The notes beneath the pieces are model-generated. The model ran no database searches. It was not told the DNA's origin and saw nothing but the letters and a program-made list of their open reading frames with translations. Shown here in pieces: positions 29,589 through 39,583 of a stretch of 64,000 bases of DNA (the stretch's first letter is position 1; each line of letters starts with the position of its first letter). Source of the DNA: Candidatus Latescibacterota bacterium (GTDB lineage Bacteria > Latescibacterota > UBA2968); NCBI GenBank assembly GCA_965208125.1, contig OZ242320.1:672001-736000 (forward strand). Direction: 5' to 3'. The position numbers and the translations under genes are program-made.

Positions 29589-31025
29589 TTATTTTCGTTC
29601 ACTTCTCACATAACGCGCCAGCAAGCTCAGATTCCGAATAAACGTGCGGCACGAAAGAACCTCAGCATCAAGGCGCTCGCGTCTATTCTCTGGATTCCTC
29701 AACGACCCCTGCTCGACCCAGCGCCCCCGGTCATCAAGCGCATCGATAACTTCTTTCACGCGATCATCACCGGGGCTGGTAACGCGTCCGCGCTCAGACA
29801 GAATCTTCTCCCGCCCCTCTGTCCTGATGCGATTGTACAGGGCCTCAGCCCTCTCAACCCGATTCCCACTCACCTTAAACGCATAATGCGTGGGCAGATC
29901 TGAATCGTCATACGTAAGCACATAATCGCGGGTAAAAAACAGCGGGCGATTGGTTTGGAGCTCGTAGAACCGCGCCAGGCGACCATTGGGCAGAAGCGAG
30001 CGCTTGGCCCAATCCAGCGCGCTGGGAATCGGATCCAAAAAGCGTTCCTCCCCAGTCGCCAAATACAAATCCAAAAGCACTTGCAAAACCCCAAAACTCT
30101 CGCCACCCGTAACAGCAGGCGGCTCAAAACGACGCGCCCAGGTCGGCTCCATATCCAAATTGTACTGCTGCGCCCACGCTGGCTGTGGCTCGGGCATCTG
30201 CGCCAGAATAATAAAATCGCCACCCCGTTTCGCCGCATCGAGATAGCGGTCATCCCCATAAATATCGTATGCCTCAACCATCGTCTCGATCACATCGGCA
30301 ATCGCATTATCGTTAAACGTATAATACTCCAAATACCGCGTATTGGGATAGGTCCGCGACCACGTTTTGGGATAACGCGCCTTCTTCACCGGAAATTTTT
30401 CCGGATCTGGAAAAACCTCAAACCGCTGCGGCCATGCCCCATTCGGATACTGAGCTTTAATCAGAGCATTAAGACCAAATAGCACCGCCGCATGAACCTC
30501 CCCATCCTCAAAATTTTGTACCTTATCGACCCGCATCAACAACTGCAACGCACTCTGCGTATTATTGTCGTCGAGCGTCGTGCGATTGCGGCGGTCCCCC
30601 GTATCAACGTCACCCCGTTCGACATCCCGCCGAAAGTGCCAGCGCTTACTTCCCTCCGCATCAAAATCAATCCGATAATCCCAACCCCCAGAAGCGAGTT
30701 GCCCCCAAACAAGCGCGCGCGCCGCCTCAACAGCACCATTGAGAAACAGCGTATCGCCCGTAGCCTCATACGCCTCCAAAAACGCCATACCCACAGCAGG
30801 CGTACCCGGCGGCTGCACCCAGATTGTCAAAGGCGACGCCGTACCCTCGCCCTCGCGCATAGAAAAATCGGTCTTATACCGCCACAAATAACCGCCATGA
30901 GTCGCAACATCGGTGCGAAAATAGCGAGTCGCCACAACCATGGCATCAATCGCAGCCCGATGAAGACTTTCATCAGCACTGAGCGGCGCACTAACCATCA
31001 TGAGCAAAACAAAAAATCTTTTCAT
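29589..31025 (-). CDS. Secreted pectate lyase-like protein (PL10-like)
   Basis: Signal peptide; TTLDDNNT, AQYPNGAWPQ, TFNDNA, AWAQQY, ARRFEP. Confidence 0.75.
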   Translation of the reverse strand: MKRFFVLLMMVSAPLSADESLHRAAIDAMVVATRYFRTDVATHGGYLWRYKTDFSMREGEGTASPLTIWVQPPGTPAVGMAFLEAYEATGDTLFLNGAVEAARALVWGQLASGGWDYRIDFDAEGSKRWHFRRDVERGDVDTGDRRNRTTLDDNNTQSALQLLMRVDKVQNFEDGEVHAAVLFGLNALIKAQYPNGAWPQRFEVFPDPEKFPVKKARYPKTWSRTYPNTRYLEYYTFNDNAIADVIETMVEAYDIYGDDRYLDAAKRGGDFIILAQMPEPQPAWAQQYNLDMEPTWARRFEPPAVTGGESFGVLQVLLDLYLATGEERFLDPIPSALDWAKRSLLPNGRLARFYELQTNRPLFFTRDYVLTYDDSDLPTHYAFKVSGNRVERAEALYNRIRTEGREKILSERGRVTSPGDDRVKEVIDALDDRGRWVEQGSLRNPENRRERLDAEVLSCRTFIRNLSLLARYVRSERK

Positions 31026-31047
31026 CTCGAACTCTTAAAAGAAGCGC

Positions 31048-31074
31048 GGGCGGGCACAGGGGCACCGCCCCTAC
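31048..31074 (-). repeat. GTAG-family REP element
   Basis: GTAGgggcggtgcccctgtgcccgccc. Confidence 0.7.
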
Positions 31075-31247
31075 AAACACTGGATCGCGGCTTTAATCAT
31101 GCCGCGATGACAATAGCATGAACCTGCATATCAGATACAACACCAGCCACCAACCGCTGCAAGCTATCCCATTCATCCCCAGCGGTCAACCGCAAAATGC
31201 CCACATCAGTTGCGCTTTTAATCTTTAACATGTAAATTTGAGACACA

Positions 31248-31895
31248 ATGGACATCCTCTACCTCGACAATCACCTGCTGGTCGTACGCAAACCCGCCGG
31301 CATGCTCGTACAGGGCAACCACACTCGCGACGAAAACTTGTTGGACATGGGCAAAGCCTATCTCAAAGTCAAATTCAACAAACCCGGCAACGTATTTCTC
31401 GGACTCGTACACCGACTGGACCGTCCTGTATCTGGCGTAGTCGTCTTTGCGCGCACATCGACATCAGCGCGCCGCTTATCGCAACAATTTCGAGAGCGAA
31501 CCGTTGAAAAACGCTATATCGCTCTCGTCCACGGCAAAACCCCCAAAAGTGGCCGTCTTATAAACCACATCGCGCGTCGGCAAACAAAAAGCCGCATCGT
31601 AAACGCCCCTCGCGGACAACGCGCAGAACTCACCTACGAACGACTGGCATACCACAAAGGCATATCCTCAGTCCGCGTGGACCTCGCCACCGGACGCCAT
31701 CATCAAATACGCGTACAATTCGCAGACATAGGCCACCCCGTATTGGGCGATTTTAAATACGGATCGCGCAAACCATTTCCCAACCGCACCATCGCCCTCC
31801 ACGCACAAAGCCTGACCATAATACACCCGACAAAAAAGGAACGCATGACCTTTGAAACCCGCCCAGAAACATTTTGGCCCAAATCTTTCACATAG
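31248..31895 (+). CDS. RluA-family pseudouridine synthase
   Basis: KPAGM, VHRLDRPVSG, TGRHHQIR, GHPVLGD. Confidence 0.93.
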   Translation: MDILYLDNHLLVVRKPAGMLVQGNHTRDENLLDMGKAYLKVKFNKPGNVFLGLVHRLDRPVSGVVVFARTSTSARRLSQQFRERTVEKRYIALVHGKTPKSGRLINHIARRQTKSRIVNAPRGQRAELTYERLAYHKGISSVRVDLATGRHHQIRVQFADIGHPVLGDFKYGSRKPFPNRTIALHAQSLTIIHPTKKERMTFETRPETFWPKSFT

Positions 31896-31915
31896 CTTTA
31901 GAGCACACCCCACTC

Positions 31916-32821
31916 ATGACCGAACAAATAACATATCGCAACCGCAAAACGGGCGAAATGATCTCCGAATCGCTCATATTGCCCCGCGTTCAATACGCTG
32001 TTGCGCGATCTCGCGTCGCAATATTTGTTTATAACATCCTCCTGAACACATACCCATTTTGCTGGCTACTCGGCAAATGGATGGACCTATCGGGATCGCG
32101 AAAAAAAATCCAGGCATTTATACAAAAATACGACATTAACCTGAACGAAATCGAATTGCCCCTGGACCAATACAAAAATCTAAACGCCTTTTTCTCCCGC
32201 AAACTCAGACCCGACGCACGCCCCTTTATCGCCGACCCCCGCATCTTCTGTTCACCCGCCGATGGAAAAGTACTCGCATATCCCAAACTGAATGCACAAA
32301 CCCATTTACCCATCAAAGGGTCCCATGTCGATATTGTACACCTCCTATCATCAAAAGAATCCGCAATCCCTTACAGGAATGGTGCTGCGCTCGTCATCCG
32401 ATTGGCCCCGGCAGACTACCACCGCTACCACTTTCCCGTTGCTGGCATCGCAACTGCATCTGCTAAAATCTCTGGACGCTATTATCTCGTCAACCCCATT
32501 GCCCTCGACGTAAAACCCGACTTATTTGCCCACAACAAACGCGAAGTGACATACCTCGAAACCGAACACTTTGGCCGCATCATGATCATGGAAGTAGCGG
32601 GCTGGGGCGTGGGTCGCATCGTCCAAACCTACCAGCCGGGCAATGTAGAGCGGGGACAGGAAAAGGGCTATTTTCAATTTGGAGGATCTACCCTGGTACT
32701 CCTGTTCGAGCCTGGACGCATTGTCTTTGACAACGACCTGACCCGTGACACACAAACAGGCATCGAAGTCCAGGTCCTCACAGGATCACAACTCGGCGTA
32801 CAGGCCATATCCAAAAATTAA
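31916..32821 (+). CDS. psd: Phosphatidylserine decarboxylase
   Basis: SPADG, RLAPADYHRYHFP, FQFGGST cleavage motif. Confidence 0.9.
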   Translation: MTEQITYRNRKTGEMISESLILPRVQYAVARSRVAIFVYNILLNTYPFCWLLGKWMDLSGSRKKIQAFIQKYDINLNEIELPLDQYKNLNAFFSRKLRPDARPFIADPRIFCSPADGKVLAYPKLNAQTHLPIKGSHVDIVHLLSSKESAIPYRNGAALVIRLAPADYHRYHFPVAGIATASAKISGRYYLVNPIALDVKPDLFAHNKREVTYLETEHFGRIMIMEVAGWGVGRIVQTYQPGNVERGQEKGYFQFGGSTLVLLFEPGRIVFDNDLTRDTQTGIEVQVLTGSQLGVQAISKN

Positions 32822-32843
32822 ACCATAAAACCAAGAATACACT

Positions 32844-34202
32844 ATGCCAACAATCAACCTCATCACCCTGGGCTGCCCCAAAAACACCGTCGATTCCGAG
32901 CGCATGCACCACCTTCTCAAGCTCAACGGTTACCACCTCTCGGACGACGCTGAAGACGCCGACATCATCGTCGTCAACACCTGCGGATTCATCGAACCAG
33001 CCAAAGAAGAATCAATAGCAACAGTAATGGACGCCGCCGAATACAAAAAAAACGGACGCTGTCGCGGCGTCATCGTCACGGGCTGCCTGGCCGAGCGGTA
33101 CCGAACAGAATTGGAAACCGAACTCGTCGAAGCAGACATGATCGTAGGCCTTGCTGGCGAACGCGAAATCGTCGCACACTGTGATAGTCTCCTGGGCACA
33201 TCGCGCATACACACCATCCGAGATGCAGAGGCGCGCCATCTACTCACCCCAAAACACTGGGCGTACTTGCGAATCTCGGACGGATGCGACAGAACATGTG
33301 CATTTTGTGCCATCCCGAGCTTCCGCGGAAAAAACAAAAGTACAAACCTGGATCGCCTCATCGCCGAAGCCTATCGCATGGTCGGCAACGGCGTGCGCGA
33401 AATCGCCCTCATCGCCCAGGACACCATGCGATATGGCGCAGACCTGTACGGCAAACCCCGGCTGATGGACTTACTAAAAGAACTCATCCAAATCGAGAAA
33501 CTCGACTGGGTGCGGATGTTATACGCATATCCAACCGGTTGGCGCAATGAGCTAATCGACCTGTTGGCAACCGAAGAAAAATTGTGCGCCTACATCGACC
33601 TGCCCATCCAGCACGCATCAGACCCCATACTAAAAACCATGAACCGGGGCACCACAAAAGCGGGCATTCGAAAACTCATCCACACCTTGCGCGAACGCAT
33701 CCCAAACTTGACCATCCGATCGTCAATCATCACCGGATTTCCCGGCGAACGCGATGAACACTTTGCAGAACTCATGGACTTTGTCGATGAAATGCAATTC
33801 AACCGCCTCGTAGGATTCACCTATTCGCACGAAGAAGGCACGCAAGCGGGCACATTGGAAGACGATGTCCCCGAAGACATCAAACGCGAACGGTTGAACG
33901 ACCTCATGGCATTGCAGGCGCAAATATCGGGCGAATTAAACGCCGCACATGTGGGACGCACCTTCAAAGTACTCGTAGATGAGGTTTCAGACGACCCGGC
34001 ATATCACTACGTCGGCCGCACGCGAATGGACGCCCCGGAAATCGACGGCGCCGTATTCTTCACAGGTCCTGCAAATATCGGCGACTTCGTCGAAGTAGAA
34101 ATCACCGACGCAACCGAACACGATCTCATCGGACACGTCGTCAAAACCAATGCCCTATTGGAAATCGCGCCCATTAAAGCATCCGCAGATGGACGCAGAT
34201 AG
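32844..34202 (+). CDS. rimO: Ribosomal protein S12 methylthiotransferase
   Basis: LGCPKN, NTCGFI, CDRTCAFC radical SAM motif, DAPEIDG TRAM domain. Confidence 0.95.
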   Translation: MPTINLITLGCPKNTVDSERMHHLLKLNGYHLSDDAEDADIIVVNTCGFIEPAKEESIATVMDAAEYKKNGRCRGVIVTGCLAERYRTELETELVEADMIVGLAGEREIVAHCDSLLGTSRIHTIRDAEARHLLTPKHWAYLRISDGCDRTCAFCAIPSFRGKNKSTNLDRLIAEAYRMVGNGVREIALIAQDTMRYGADLYGKPRLMDLLKELIQIEKLDWVRMLYAYPTGWRNELIDLLATEEKLCAYIDLPIQHASDPILKTMNRGTTKAGIRKLIHTLRERIPNLTIRSSIITGFPGERDEHFAELMDFVDEMQFNRLVGFTYSHEEGTQAGTLEDDVPEDIKRERLNDLMALQAQISGELNAAHVGRTFKVLVDEVSDDPAYHYVGRTRMDAPEIDGAVFFTGPANIGDFVEVEITDATEHDLIGHVVKTNALLEIAPIKASADGRR

Positions 34203-34213
34203 ACACAGATAAA
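34184..34213 (+). repeat. Decameric tandem repeat overlapping the rimO stop
   Basis: cgcagatgga cgcagataga cacagataaa. Confidence 0.6.
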
Positions 34214-34243
34214 AGGAGAAAAGCACCTTCAGGAGATAGAACG

Positions 34244-35455
34244 ATGTTCGACAGCAGAGAACAGATTATAGACCAACTTCGCGCTGGGGAAGATGGGTAC
34301 GCCGAGTTCAAGGAAGTGCGCTTTGGGGCACATGGCGTAATCTCACCCAATACCGAAGATATGGCCGCAGAGTTGGTTGCATTGGCAAATGCGGCAGGTG
34401 GTGTAATATTCCTTGGTATCGACGATTCGGGCACCGTGCGTGGGATACCAACGGCGCGTATTAATGCTGTCGAACAGTGGGTTATTAATATCGCAACGCA
34501 CAACTGCGACCCGCCGATTCGGCCGATCTTGCGCAAGGTATTGCTTCCTGATGTGGACGGAGGCGATCAAAGCGTACTTCTGGCCGAAGTTCCGCGCGGA
34601 CTCTACGTCCACCGGACATCGGGCGGGCGTTATTATATGCGGATCGGCTCCACAAAACGCGACCTCACACCATCGGAACTCGCACGGCTATTCCAGCAGC
34701 GGGGTCGCGAGTACGTATTTGACGAGCAGCCTGTGCTCACCGCCACAGTTGACGACCTCAGCCGCAATCGGCTCGAAGCGTTTTTCGGACGCTCGCCAAC
34801 GATTCCCTATCTCGACTTGCTACGCAACACCCGGGTGATCTTCCAGGATGAGAACGGCGTAGATCATCCGACCATAGCTGGCCTGCTTGTCTTTGCCAAT
34901 GAACCGACCGAATTCCTCCCCTCCGGGTCCATTGAGGCCGCGTGCTATGAGGGAACCCAACTATCGTCCGATGAGTTGGTGCATGCCGAACGCCTCGCTG
35001 GCCCCGTATCCGACCAAATCGACGCCGGAATCGCTTTCGTCGCCAGCCATCGCCCGCACCGCGGTGCTGACACGCCGTACGACCTCGATGTTGTTGACGA
35101 AGCTATTGTCAATGCTGTCGCCCACCGCGACTACGCCATTGCCGGCTCGAAAATCCGCCTATTTCTGTTCGCCGACCGGCTGGAACTATACAGCCCGGGC
35201 AAGTTGCCCAACACCATCACGCTCGACGACATGCCTTACCGCACATTCACGCGCAACCAATTGTTGGTCAATTTCCTATCGCGGATCCGCAGCAAGCGCA
35301 CCGGACAGGTATTCCTCGAATCTCGCGGCGAAGGCGTGCGGAAAATCCTGGAAGATGGCGAAGCGCACTCGGGCCGTCGTCCAGAGTACGAACTATTCGG
35401 CGACGAACTTCGACTGACACTGTGGGCGAAGGAAGGATTGACCGCTAATCGCTAA
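34244..35455 (+). CDS. AlbA_2 (Schlafen-like) plus HATPase_c_4 ATP-binding protein
   Basis: GEDGYAEFKE, ALANAAGGVIFLGIDD, EAIVNAVAHRDY, SPGKLP. Confidence 0.85.
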   Translation: MFDSREQIIDQLRAGEDGYAEFKEVRFGAHGVISPNTEDMAAELVALANAAGGVIFLGIDDSGTVRGIPTARINAVEQWVINIATHNCDPPIRPILRKVLLPDVDGGDQSVLLAEVPRGLYVHRTSGGRYYMRIGSTKRDLTPSELARLFQQRGREYVFDEQPVLTATVDDLSRNRLEAFFGRSPTIPYLDLLRNTRVIFQDENGVDHPTIAGLLVFANEPTEFLPSGSIEAACYEGTQLSSDELVHAERLAGPVSDQIDAGIAFVASHRPHRGADTPYDLDVVDEAIVNAVAHRDYAIAGSKIRLFLFADRLELYSPGKLPNTITLDDMPYRTFTRNQLLVNFLSRIRSKRTGQVFLESRGEGVRKILEDGEAHSGRRPEYELFGDELRLTLWAKEGLTANR

Positions 35456-35466
35456 CAGGAGAAATC

Positions 35467-35931
35467 ATGACCATCATCGCTGCAATGGACAAAAACCGCG
35501 TCATTGGCCGGGACAACAAAATGCCCTGGTACATCTCTGAAGAATCCAGGCACTTTCGGCGCACCACCACTGGACACGTCCTCCTCGTAGGGCGCAAGAC
35601 CTATGAATCTTGGGGTGGCAAACCCCTGCCGGACCGCCTGCATGTAATCGTGAGCCGAACCATGCCCGACACAAAAGGCATAGATGTATGCAGATCGCTC
35701 GAAGAAGCCATCGAAAAAGCCAGGTCCTATGGCCGCGAAGTATTCATCTGTGGAGGCGGCGAAATTTATCGCGCCACACTATCAAAAGCCGACCGGATGA
35801 TCCTATCGTATATCGACGCAGAATACGCAGGCGATGAATACTTCCCCAAATTTGACGAAGATGAATGGATCATCTCAAAAAAAGAGACACACGATCAATT
35901 CACAGTTGTATATTATGAACGCAAGAGTTAG
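35467..35931 (+). CDS. folA: Dihydrofolate reductase
   Basis: IGRDNKMPW, GRKTYES, PLPDR, ICGGGEIY, GDEYFP. Confidence 0.95.
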   Translation: MTIIAAMDKNRVIGRDNKMPWYISEESRHFRRTTTGHVLLVGRKTYESWGGKPLPDRLHVIVSRTMPDTKGIDVCRSLEEAIEKARSYGREVFICGGGEIYRATLSKADRMILSYIDAEYAGDEYFPKFDEDEWIISKKETHDQFTVVYYERKS

Positions 35932-35999
35932 ATAGGCTACGCTTCTCGCCTTTATGCTCCCCCATCAAATATTGACATGTGAAGAGGGGGTATTTCTGT

Positions 36000-36839
36000 A
36001 TGCACACATATCTCGACCAACTACAACACGTCCTGGACCACGGCGTAAAAAAGGGCGACCGCACGGGTGTGGGCACAATCTCGTGTTTTGGCCTGCATGC
36101 GCGCTATGCAATGGCAGACGGATTTCCCGCAGTAACCACCAAGCGACTGGTGTGGAAATCGATGCTATCGGAACTCCTGTGGTTTATATCCGGATCCGAC
36201 AACATCTATGACTTAAAAACCTATTTGAAAAGCAATCGGCTATGGGATGGCAATTATGAGGACTATTTGAACCGCCTGGGGATAGACAAAAACGACGGCA
36301 GCATGGGACGTATTTACGGTGTACAGTGGCGGCGATGGAAAGGCGCCAACGGAAAAGTGGTCGATCAACTTCAAAATGCGATTGAATTGATCCGAGAAAA
36401 CCCCGAATCCCGGCGCATCATGGTCGATGCCTGGAACGCAGCCGAAACAGGCACTCGAGACGTGGCCCTGCCCCCGTGTCACAACTTCTTCCAATTTTAC
36501 GTCGCAGAAGGCAAACTATCCTTACAAATGTATCAACGATCCTGCGATATGTTCTTAGGCGTACCACTCAACATCGCGTCCTATTCCGTATTATTGCACA
36601 TGGTCGCAAAAATTACGGGCCTCGTACCCCATGAATTTATCCACGTCCTGGGCGACGCGCACATCTACTTAAACCATCTCGACGCAGTAAAAGAACAACT
36701 ATCTCGCAAGCCATATCCCCTGCCTAAATTGCGGATAAAAAACCGCGGACAAACTGAAATCGACCATTTTGAAATGGTCGATTTTGAACTCATCAATTAT
36801 CAGCACCACGACACTATACGCGCGGAAATGGCGGTTTGA
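36000..36839 (+). CDS. thyA: Thymidylate synthase
   Basis: DRTGVGT, ELLWF, LPPCH, YQRSCD, GDAHIY. Confidence 0.97.
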   Translation: MHTYLDQLQHVLDHGVKKGDRTGVGTISCFGLHARYAMADGFPAVTTKRLVWKSMLSELLWFISGSDNIYDLKTYLKSNRLWDGNYEDYLNRLGIDKNDGSMGRIYGVQWRRWKGANGKVVDQLQNAIELIRENPESRRIMVDAWNAAETGTRDVALPPCHNFFQFYVAEGKLSLQMYQRSCDMFLGVPLNIASYSVLLHMVAKITGLVPHEFIHVLGDAHIYLNHLDAVKEQLSRKPYPLPKLRIKNRGQTEIDHFEMVDFELINYQHHDTIRAEMAV

Positions 36840-36861
36840 AAGCAGGTAAAACGACCACCCA

Positions 36862-36999
36862 TCATTCTCTTTTATCGCGTATTGCGCGGATCATCTGCCA
36901 CAAGATACATCCAATGCCGACCAAAATAAAAACGGACGTGAGAATCAGGAAAATCTGGAATCCTAAAGGCAGGTTTTCAAATGGAATGATCGGATACAT
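36862..36999 (-). CDS. Small single-TM membrane protein (45 aa, below the ORF-track cutoff)
   Basis: MYPIIPFENLPLGFQIFLILTSVFILVGIGCILWQMIRAIRDKRE; fills an intergenic gap, basic tail after the TM helix. Confidence 0.55.
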   Translation of the reverse strand: MYPIIPFENLPLGFQIFLILTSVFILVGIGCILWQMIRAIRDKRE

Positions 37000-37059
37000 A
37001 ATGGGTAAACCAGTTATTATCACTTTTGCCGAGTGTCGTCTAAATAGGACGCGAATATC

Positions 37060-37773
37060 GTGAACACATTACTCTTAATCTGTGCTGAAAGTAAAGTACA
37101 AGTTTCTCGCCAATTTATCAACACGGCAACCGACGTCAAAATCGCCGATCAGGTAGTAGCCACTTCTTTTGATAAATTGGAAGAAAGCGTGCGTACCGCT
37201 GAAGGAATCGATCAAATTCTCATCTTCCCCGCACTGATCGCCCTGCCCGATGCAATGCGCGAAAACCTGTTACAACGCATCGCATCTCTCCAAAATGAAA
37301 ATCCACAAACACGCATCCTCCTCACCAACCCATTGGGCGGCGACCCCCGCTTATTCGACATGATCCAGGACCGCATGGCAGCCGCGCTGAAAAGCACGCA
37401 AAACACACCCATATTGACAATAGAAACACCGAATACCTCTCGAACCCTCGACTTTGAAAATTTCGCCACACTACCAAACCAGATTGCAGATATAAGTACG
37501 CTCATCCCCGACCGCCAGGGACAGGGCGTTTGGGTACGCGAAGTATTGGACGAAACAGTCAATGCCGACGCAATCTTTTACGCAGACGCCGACCGTTTTT
37601 CCGCCACCGTCGATCTCGCCCTCGTTCGGGAACAAGGATTATTAATCTACGGACTGGAAGGACAACCCCTGCCTGCCAGCTATGGCGGACCCCTACGACT
37701 GATCATACCCGGACACGACGACCGCTGTGCAAATGTAAAAGGCGTAGCGCGAGTCGAAATCGTATTGAGATAA
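37060..37773 (+). CDS. CbiX/SirB-like domain fused to a molybdopterin-oxidoreductase-like domain
   Basis: N-half ends TNPLGGDPRL (chelatase-like); C-half GQPLPASYGGPLRLIIP..CANVKGV. Confidence 0.6.
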   Translation: MNTLLLICAESKVQVSRQFINTATDVKIADQVVATSFDKLEESVRTAEGIDQILIFPALIALPDAMRENLLQRIASLQNENPQTRILLTNPLGGDPRLFDMIQDRMAAALKSTQNTPILTIETPNTSRTLDFENFATLPNQIADISTLIPDRQGQGVWVREVLDETVNADAIFYADADRFSATVDLALVREQGLLIYGLEGQPLPASYGGPLRLIIPGHDDRCANVKGVARVEIVLR

Positions 37774-37831
37774 AAGAGTTGCACAAAAGTTAAAAACCAG
37801 AAAACTTCAACACCTGAAAGGCATAACATAT

Positions 37832-38623
37832 ATGAATAGGTTAAATTTTGGCGTCGTGGTCAAAAAATGGCGGTTTAAGGTATTGAGAAACTGCGTTCTA
37901 CTTATGATGACAGTCATAACATTGGGACAAGCAGACGCGGGATTGCTACCAGAAACCCCTACGCCTCAAGGTGGCGACATCGTCGGCTCCTGGATAGCCG
38001 AGAAGATCGAGCTGAACGCTTATGTCCCGGCCGCACTCGTGCAGATTGTATCTCCTGTTACCGTTGAAGGCGAGATCAACGGCACACTGATTTTTGATTC
38101 AGACGGCAGTGTTCAAGCGAACTACACAATAGAGGCCAATGTCTCTGCGGTATTATTTGCTCCGATTTCGGTGCCTGTACACGATATGAGCCAATACACA
38201 GGCAATTACATGGTCATGTCCGATACCCATGCACTCACCATAACGCGCGAAAATGAGGACCCACTCAATTATACGTACACAGCTACGGAGGATTTACTGC
38301 ATATTATACGCCCGCTTCTTTTAGAAGAATTATTGGCGTCAGTACCCGAAACTTTAAGACCCGCGGTTATAAGCGCACTTTCTCAGTACGTACCACCAGA
38401 TGATCCTATCAAGATCGTGATCTCTTTTGCGAAAGTTCCTGCCGACTTTGATGGCGATGGACAGGTCGGAATCCCAGACTTTTTGCTTTTTGTTAAAGTG
38501 TTTGGAACCCAAAGCGGACAGGAAAACTTCGATCCAAAATTTGACCTCGACAGCGATGGAACCATTGGCATTTCCGACTTCCTCATCTTTATGGATTCTT
38601 TTGGCAAAACGGTCAATGGATAG
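37832..38623 (+). CDS. Secreted protein with a C-terminal dockerin/EF-hand-like pair
   Basis: ADFDGDGQVGIPDFLLF and DLDSDGTIGISDFLIF. Confidence 0.75.
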   Translation: MNRLNFGVVVKKWRFKVLRNCVLLMMTVITLGQADAGLLPETPTPQGGDIVGSWIAEKIELNAYVPAALVQIVSPVTVEGEINGTLIFDSDGSVQANYTIEANVSAVLFAPISVPVHDMSQYTGNYMVMSDTHALTITRENEDPLNYTYTATEDLLHIIRPLLLEELLASVPETLRPAVISALSQYVPPDDPIKIVISFAKVPADFDGDGQVGIPDFLLFVKVFGTQSGQENFDPKFDLDSDGTIGISDFLIFMDSFGKTVNG

Positions 38624-38683
38624 TTATATTTCAATCAACACCAACGCCCGTCACGCACACCATTTTTTAGGAAAAAACACACC

Positions 38684-39574
38684 ATGCCATTGACACAAGA
38701 TCAGATCAATCAATATCGCGATCGGGGAGTCTTGATTGCGGAAAATGTATTGGATGACGCGGCCTTTGAACCGATTGAACACGCGTATGACGTATTGATC
38801 AATCAAAAGGCGCAAGAGCTATTGGAAGAAGGGGCGATCTCATCCGTACATGCAGACAAATCATTTAGCCATCGCCTGGCTGCAATAGCCCAGGAATTAG
38901 ACGACGAGGGATATGACGCGCTGCGCAGTTTTGCGGGTGGATTCGACATCATGCGCGCGCGCGTCAAACCGATGTTCGACATCTTCTTCAATCAACAATT
39001 ATTATCCGCAGTCGAAAGCCTCATAGGACCAGAAATAACCCTGAGCCCCATTCAGCATTTCCGCCCCTACTTACCCGCGCGAGAAACACAACCCGGACAG
39101 GTACCCTGGCATCAGGACCAGGGCGTAACAAAAGAAGAAGCAGACATCTCGGAAATCATAACCTGCTGGATACCACTCGTAGATGTCACCCCAGAACGCG
39201 GGTGCTTGCAGGTACTGCCCGGCGTGGTACCCATGGGACTGCTCGAACACCAGCGCGAAGGCGGCACCATGATCAAACCCATGTACATGCCAGAAATCGA
39301 ACCTGTAAACTGCATCATGAAACGCGGCGACGTACTCATGATGAGTGCGTACACCCCGCACAGAGGACAACCAAACCACTCCAATCTGGTGCGCTGGAGC
39401 ATGGACCTGCGATTTCAAAAAACCGGTACACCCACGGGACGTCCATTCTGGCCCGAATTTATCGTCCAGAGCAAAGAAAATCCCGCATCTGTACAAAACA
39501 GCTTTGACGAATGGTGTACGCGGTGGATAACGGACATGCGGGAGAGCAAGGGAACCCATCTGCATCGGGTATGA
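38684..39574 (+). CDS. Phytanoyl-CoA dioxygenase (PhyH) family protein
   Basis: PWHQD, WIPLVD, GCLQVLPG, TPHRG, RWSMDLR. Confidence 0.9.
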   Translation: MPLTQDQINQYRDRGVLIAENVLDDAAFEPIEHAYDVLINQKAQELLEEGAISSVHADKSFSHRLAAIAQELDDEGYDALRSFAGGFDIMRARVKPMFDIFFNQQLLSAVESLIGPEITLSPIQHFRPYLPARETQPGQVPWHQDQGVTKEEADISEIITCWIPLVDVTPERGCLQVLPGVVPMGLLEHQREGGTMIKPMYMPEIEPVNCIMKRGDVLMMSAYTPHRGQPNHSNLVRWSMDLRFQKTGTPTGRPFWPEFIVQSKENPASVQNSFDEWCTRWITDMRESKGTHLHRV

Positions 39575-39583
39575 CGCAACCCC

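Noticed and set aside
24977-31074. CRISPR array
   Set aside because: The repeats are few, divergent, irregularly spaced hairpins (REPs), and there are no cas genes.
36836-37063. 75-aa plus-strand ORF after thyA
   Set aside because: The opposite-strand 45-aa TM ORF is more protein-like.
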